A model generated the notes under the pieces. It searched no databases. It saw only the letters and a program-made list of their open reading frames with translations, and had not been told where the DNA came from. This document shows positions 27,955 to 30,682 of a DNA stretch of 30,682 bases, one piece after another. A program made the translations under genes and the position numbers. The DNA is from Nanohaloarchaea archaeon B1-Br10_U2g21 (GTDB lineage: Archaea; Nanohalarchaeota; Nanosalinia; Nanosalinales; Nanosalinaceae): assembly GCA_001563915.1 (NCBI GenBank), contig LKMP01000011.1, positions 1-30,682 of the forward strand. The letters run 5' to 3'. Positions within the stretch are counted from its first letter, which is position 1; each line of letters opens with the position of its first letter.

Positions 27955-28743
27955 ATGACCGTTCAGAAGACTGAATCCAATAACTTAAGGCATATTTATA
28001 GAAAGATAAAAAATTTGGATGACTTCGAACCCTCTCCAAAAGTTAACGAAACTTTTTCCAACCTAGTAACAGGAATAGTTGATGAAAATCTTGAAGGAGA
28101 TTTATCTAATCAGGAAATACAGGAACTCAGAACTTTGTGCGGTAAGTCAGAGTTTCAGCTTGAAAAGCATTGGAGTCAGAGAATAATTGAATCAGAAGAC
28201 CCTAAAAAAGAGATGGAGAAGTTCCCATACTACACCAACTATGAAAAACTGGTTGCTTTCGAGTACGCAACAGTTGTAGGCTGCTGCAAAGACTTGGAAA
28301 AGAACGCAGTATTTGTAGGTGGAGGGCCTCTACCTTTCTCAGCACTTATACTTGCAAAAGACTATGATTTTGACATCACTATAATTGATAGAGATTCAGA
28401 AGCCGTAGAGAACGCACAGAAACTATGTGGAAGACTAGATCTCGAAATAGAAGTTATTCAATCAAATGCAGAAGAGTTCAAAGGTTACAATGACTATAGT
28501 CTTATCCACGTCGCAGCCATGGTAGGAGGAACTGAAGATGAAGAGATTGAAGTATTTCAGTCAATAAAAAGTCAGATAGACAAACACAGCCATATCGCAG
28601 CTAGAACAGTTCATGGGAGGAGAAAACTGCTTTACAGACCTGTCTCTAAAAGAGTGAAAAAAATGTTCAATGTTGAAGCTGAGAAAAGACCTTCAAGAGA
28701 CGTAATTAATTCCACAGTTGTTATGACTGTACCAAAGAATTAA
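27955..28743 (+). CDS. Nicotianamine synthase-like SAM-dependent enzyme
   Basis: PSPKVN..FS.LV, E..LEKHW, FPYY.NYEKL..FEY, FVGGGPLP.S, AAMVG, R..HG.R.LLY and VINS motifs of the NAS family. Start ATG 27955. Confidence 0.85.
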   Translation: MTVQKTESNNLRHIYRKIKNLDDFEPSPKVNETFSNLVTGIVDENLEGDLSNQEIQELRTLCGKSEFQLEKHWSQRIIESEDPKKEMEKFPYYTNYEKLVAFEYATVVGCCKDLEKNAVFVGGGPLPFSALILAKDYDFDITIIDRDSEAVENAQKLCGRLDLEIEVIQSNAEEFKGYNDYSLIHVAAMVGGTEDEEIEVFQSIKSQIDKHSHIAARTVHGRRKLLYRPVSKRVKKMFNVEAEKRPSRDVINSTVVMTVPKN

Positions 28744-29570
28744 GCCTCAAAGTTAGCCCATTTTCCATCCATATCTTTCTCATTTCCAAGCCAGCTACCT
28801 CTTCCATCTTCTTTCAAACCAACATCGGCTGTGAGATCGTTTCCAAACACGTCAACGACATTGGCGCCATCCATTGCGTCACCCATGAACTCTTCGGTCA
28901 CTAATAGGCCTAAAAGTCTTTCATCAGTATAAACATCTTCTAATGGCATTTCGCTAGGCAAATCAGTTTCGCTGTCGATGTGCCAGTCCTCATTGCGCGT
29001 AGTATATTGATTTAAGAACTCATATCGTTTCTGGCATAAATCTTGGCCGTTTGCATGTTTTCGAAGATCTCCCATTGTAGCTATTTCATTGTTGGAATCT
29101 CCTTGTTCTCTGCTCTGCCCATCATAGGCTTCTCTTTTGTACATCATCCATGATACTGGATTATTGTAGTCCATTGATTGACCTATACTATCTCTCTTTG
29201 AGGTTAGGCTTAGGACTGTGGCAGATAGCTGTGAAACGTTTTCTATACTTTCTGAACCTGCTAGAGTTACAAGCTCTTCGTAAAGCTCTTCTTCGTCCAC
29301 AAGTTCTCCATATTCTAATTGGCTAACTAACTCATTTATACTCAGCTTATATTGATTATCTTCTCTAAAATTACCTTCTTCATCTTCTAAAGCTTTTTGT
29401 GCTTCATCAAACGCGAAGTAGTGGTCTGCATCGATTAAAAGCTCGTTTACTTCATGACAGGCTTCTACATACTCTTCTTGAAATTCTTCGGCAACATCTC
29501 TTGGGGATGGCCTATCTTCGTAACCTTTTTTGATCGAATGTGTAGTCTTAATGTTTGAATTGCCACTCAT
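28740..29570 (-). CDS. Hypothetical protein, paralog A of a tandem pair
   Basis: Shares NPV.W.MYKR.AY.G, C..RY.F, DW.ID and KWA.F with the adjacent gene. Confidence 0.75.
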   Translation of the reverse strand: MSGNSNIKTTHSIKKGYEDRPSPRDVAEEFQEEYVEACHEVNELLIDADHYFAFDEAQKALEDEEGNFREDNQYKLSINELVSQLEYGELVDEEELYEELVTLAGSESIENVSQLSATVLSLTSKRDSIGQSMDYNNPVSWMMYKREAYDGQSREQGDSNNEIATMGDLRKHANGQDLCQKRYEFLNQYTTRNEDWHIDSETDLPSEMPLEDVYTDERLLGLLVTEEFMGDAMDGANVVDVFGNDLTADVGLKEDGRGSWLGNEKDMDGKWANFEA

Positions 29571-29609
29571 AAGTTATTAATAATAAATTAGTTTTTTAAT
29601 AACTCTCAG

Positions 29610-30266
29610 TCAGTTGATCAACTCAGAATTAGAATCAAACTCCGCCCATTTAGCTGGTCTTCCGTTTTCCATATTGAACTCATGTCGTCGCCATTCCTCC
29701 ATGAAGTCATCGTTCTGAACAAGAGAAACAATTCTATCATCCTCCCACAGCCCGCCTAAATCCATTCCCGACTCAAAGTCTTCATTTTTATCTATATTCC
29801 AGTCAAGGTTTGACTCACAATATTCTTTAATAAAAATATATCTTGCTGTACAAATACCGTCTGGAACCTCACAGTGTTCTCGGAAGTCTTTCATATCCCT
29901 CATCTCATCATTTGTGCCGATATAGGCCTTACGTTTGTACATAATCCAAACTACCGGGTTCTTGAACTTCATATTCCGGCCCACCGATTTTTTCTCTTCT
30001 TCTAATTCTTTCTTTTCCTTCTTCAGACCTCCTATTTTTTCGCTCTTTACTCCTCCTTCTGTAACCTGGCTGATATCAACCTTTTTTTCAGTCGCTATTT
30101 TTACGGCTTCTGAAAAGACCTCATCCTCAATCTCAGATGCTTTATCGTTCAGCTTAGACCATCGTTCAAACATCTCTAGAAGATCCTCTACTTCTTCCTT
30201 TGCATCTCGAAGGATAGTATCTTTGTCGAGTTTTTCAAGCCTTTTGTATTTCTTGGACTGCATCAT
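29610..30266 (-). CDS. Hypothetical protein, paralog B of a tandem pair, with N-terminal coiled coil
   Basis: Same motifs as paralog A. Start is ATG 30266 (SD-like GGGGATGAT upstream) or 30278. Overlaps the 3' end of the upstream GTPase gene. Confidence 0.7.
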   Translation of the reverse strand: MMQSKKYKRLEKLDKDTILRDAKEEVEDLLEMFERWSKLNDKASEIEDEVFSEAVKIATEKKVDISQVTEGGVKSEKIGGLKKEKKELEEEKKSVGRNMKFKNPVVWIMYKRKAYIGTNDEMRDMKDFREHCEVPDGICTARYIFIKEYCESNLDWNIDKNEDFESGMDLGGLWEDDRIVSLVQNDDFMEEWRRHEFNMENGRPAKWAEFDSNSELIN

Positions 30267-30682
30267 AGACTCTATCATCCCCTATTACTACCATTTTATC
30301 GTTTACAGGTTTTTCGCCGTCAAAACTTAATTCGCCAGAAGAATATTCGACAAAACGTTTTTTCCCATTTATTTTGACTGTGCCTTTCATCCTTCCAATA
30401 TTGAACTTGTCTGAAATCCGTTCAAAACTTTTCTTGAACTCTTTTTCAGAATCAAATTCTAGACTATCGACTACTTCATAGCGGTCAAAATCGTGGTCTT
30501 CTTCAATGTTTTCAGATACCGCTTCAGCCATATATGTGTCCAAAGAAGAGCTGGAGGAAATCTTATCGAGAGCTATTTCTGAATTCTGTGCAGGCACAAC
30601 TTCTATTTCTTCTTTTATCTCTTTGACTTCATCTCTGTAGACCTTTACTGTTTGTTCTTCAACGAGGTCTGTTTTGTTGAGA
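30235..30682 (-). CDS. COG0523/CobW-family (G3E) GTPase metallochaperone, C-terminal part (5'-truncated by window)
   Basis: The frame stays open to the window edge and reads LNKTDLV (G4 NKxD). A CobW_C-like domain follows, with RMKG and MVVIG. Confidence 0.75.
   Translation of the reverse strand, partial: LNKTDLVEEQTVKVYRDEVKEIKEEIEVVPAQNSEIALDKISSSSSLDTYMAEAVSENIEEDHDFDRYEVVDSLEFDSEKEFKKSFERISDKFNIGRMKGTVKINGKKRFVEYSSGELSFDGEKPVNDKMVVIGDDRVYDAVQEIQKA

Noticed and set aside
30235-30278. Possible +1 frameshift joining the last ORF to paralog B (QEIQ/RLEKLD)
   Set aside because: The upstream ORF ends where a CobW_C domain normally ends, paralog B has its own ATGs with an SD-like sequence, and GCT-TGA is not a plausible slippery site.
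1-30682. CRISPR array, rRNA, IS element or tandem DNA repeats
   Set aside because: No regularly spaced repeats, transposase or long non-coding region found. The longest spacers are about 200 nt.

Overview
AT-rich, gene-dense archaeal chromosome segment with an acidic (Asp/Glu-rich) proteome and many apparently leaderless genes. This profile fits a halophilic DPANN archaeon (Nanohaloarchaeota-like); the taxonomy is inferred, not searched. The window holds the 3' part of a very large Cys/Asp-rich membrane-anchored surface protein and core genes (proS, psmB, aCPSF1/fttA, gatB, a PAN-like ATPase, pyk, alpha-glucan phosphorylase, trxB, tyrS, a cold-shock protein, a DEAD-box helicase). It also holds tRNA-Arg(TCG), tRNA-Gly(GCC) and several accessory genes. 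The best candidate for an undescribed system is a YbaK-family aminoacyl-tRNA deacylase fused to a GatB-like helical/YqeY tRNA-binding tail, translationally coupled between gatB and a nucleotidyltransferase. Other highlights: a 569-aa LAGLIDADG intein with two HTH domains inserted in the catalytic HxHxDH motif of aCPSF1; a nicotianamine-synthase-like gene near a COG0523/CobW GTPase and two tandem unknown paralogs; a PAN variant lacking the coiled coil with altered arginine motifs; a 43-aa C2H2 zinc-finger gene missing from the ORF track; and several degenerate enzymes (Ham1, Nudix, glutaredoxin). No CRISPR array, rRNA, integrase or IS element was seen.
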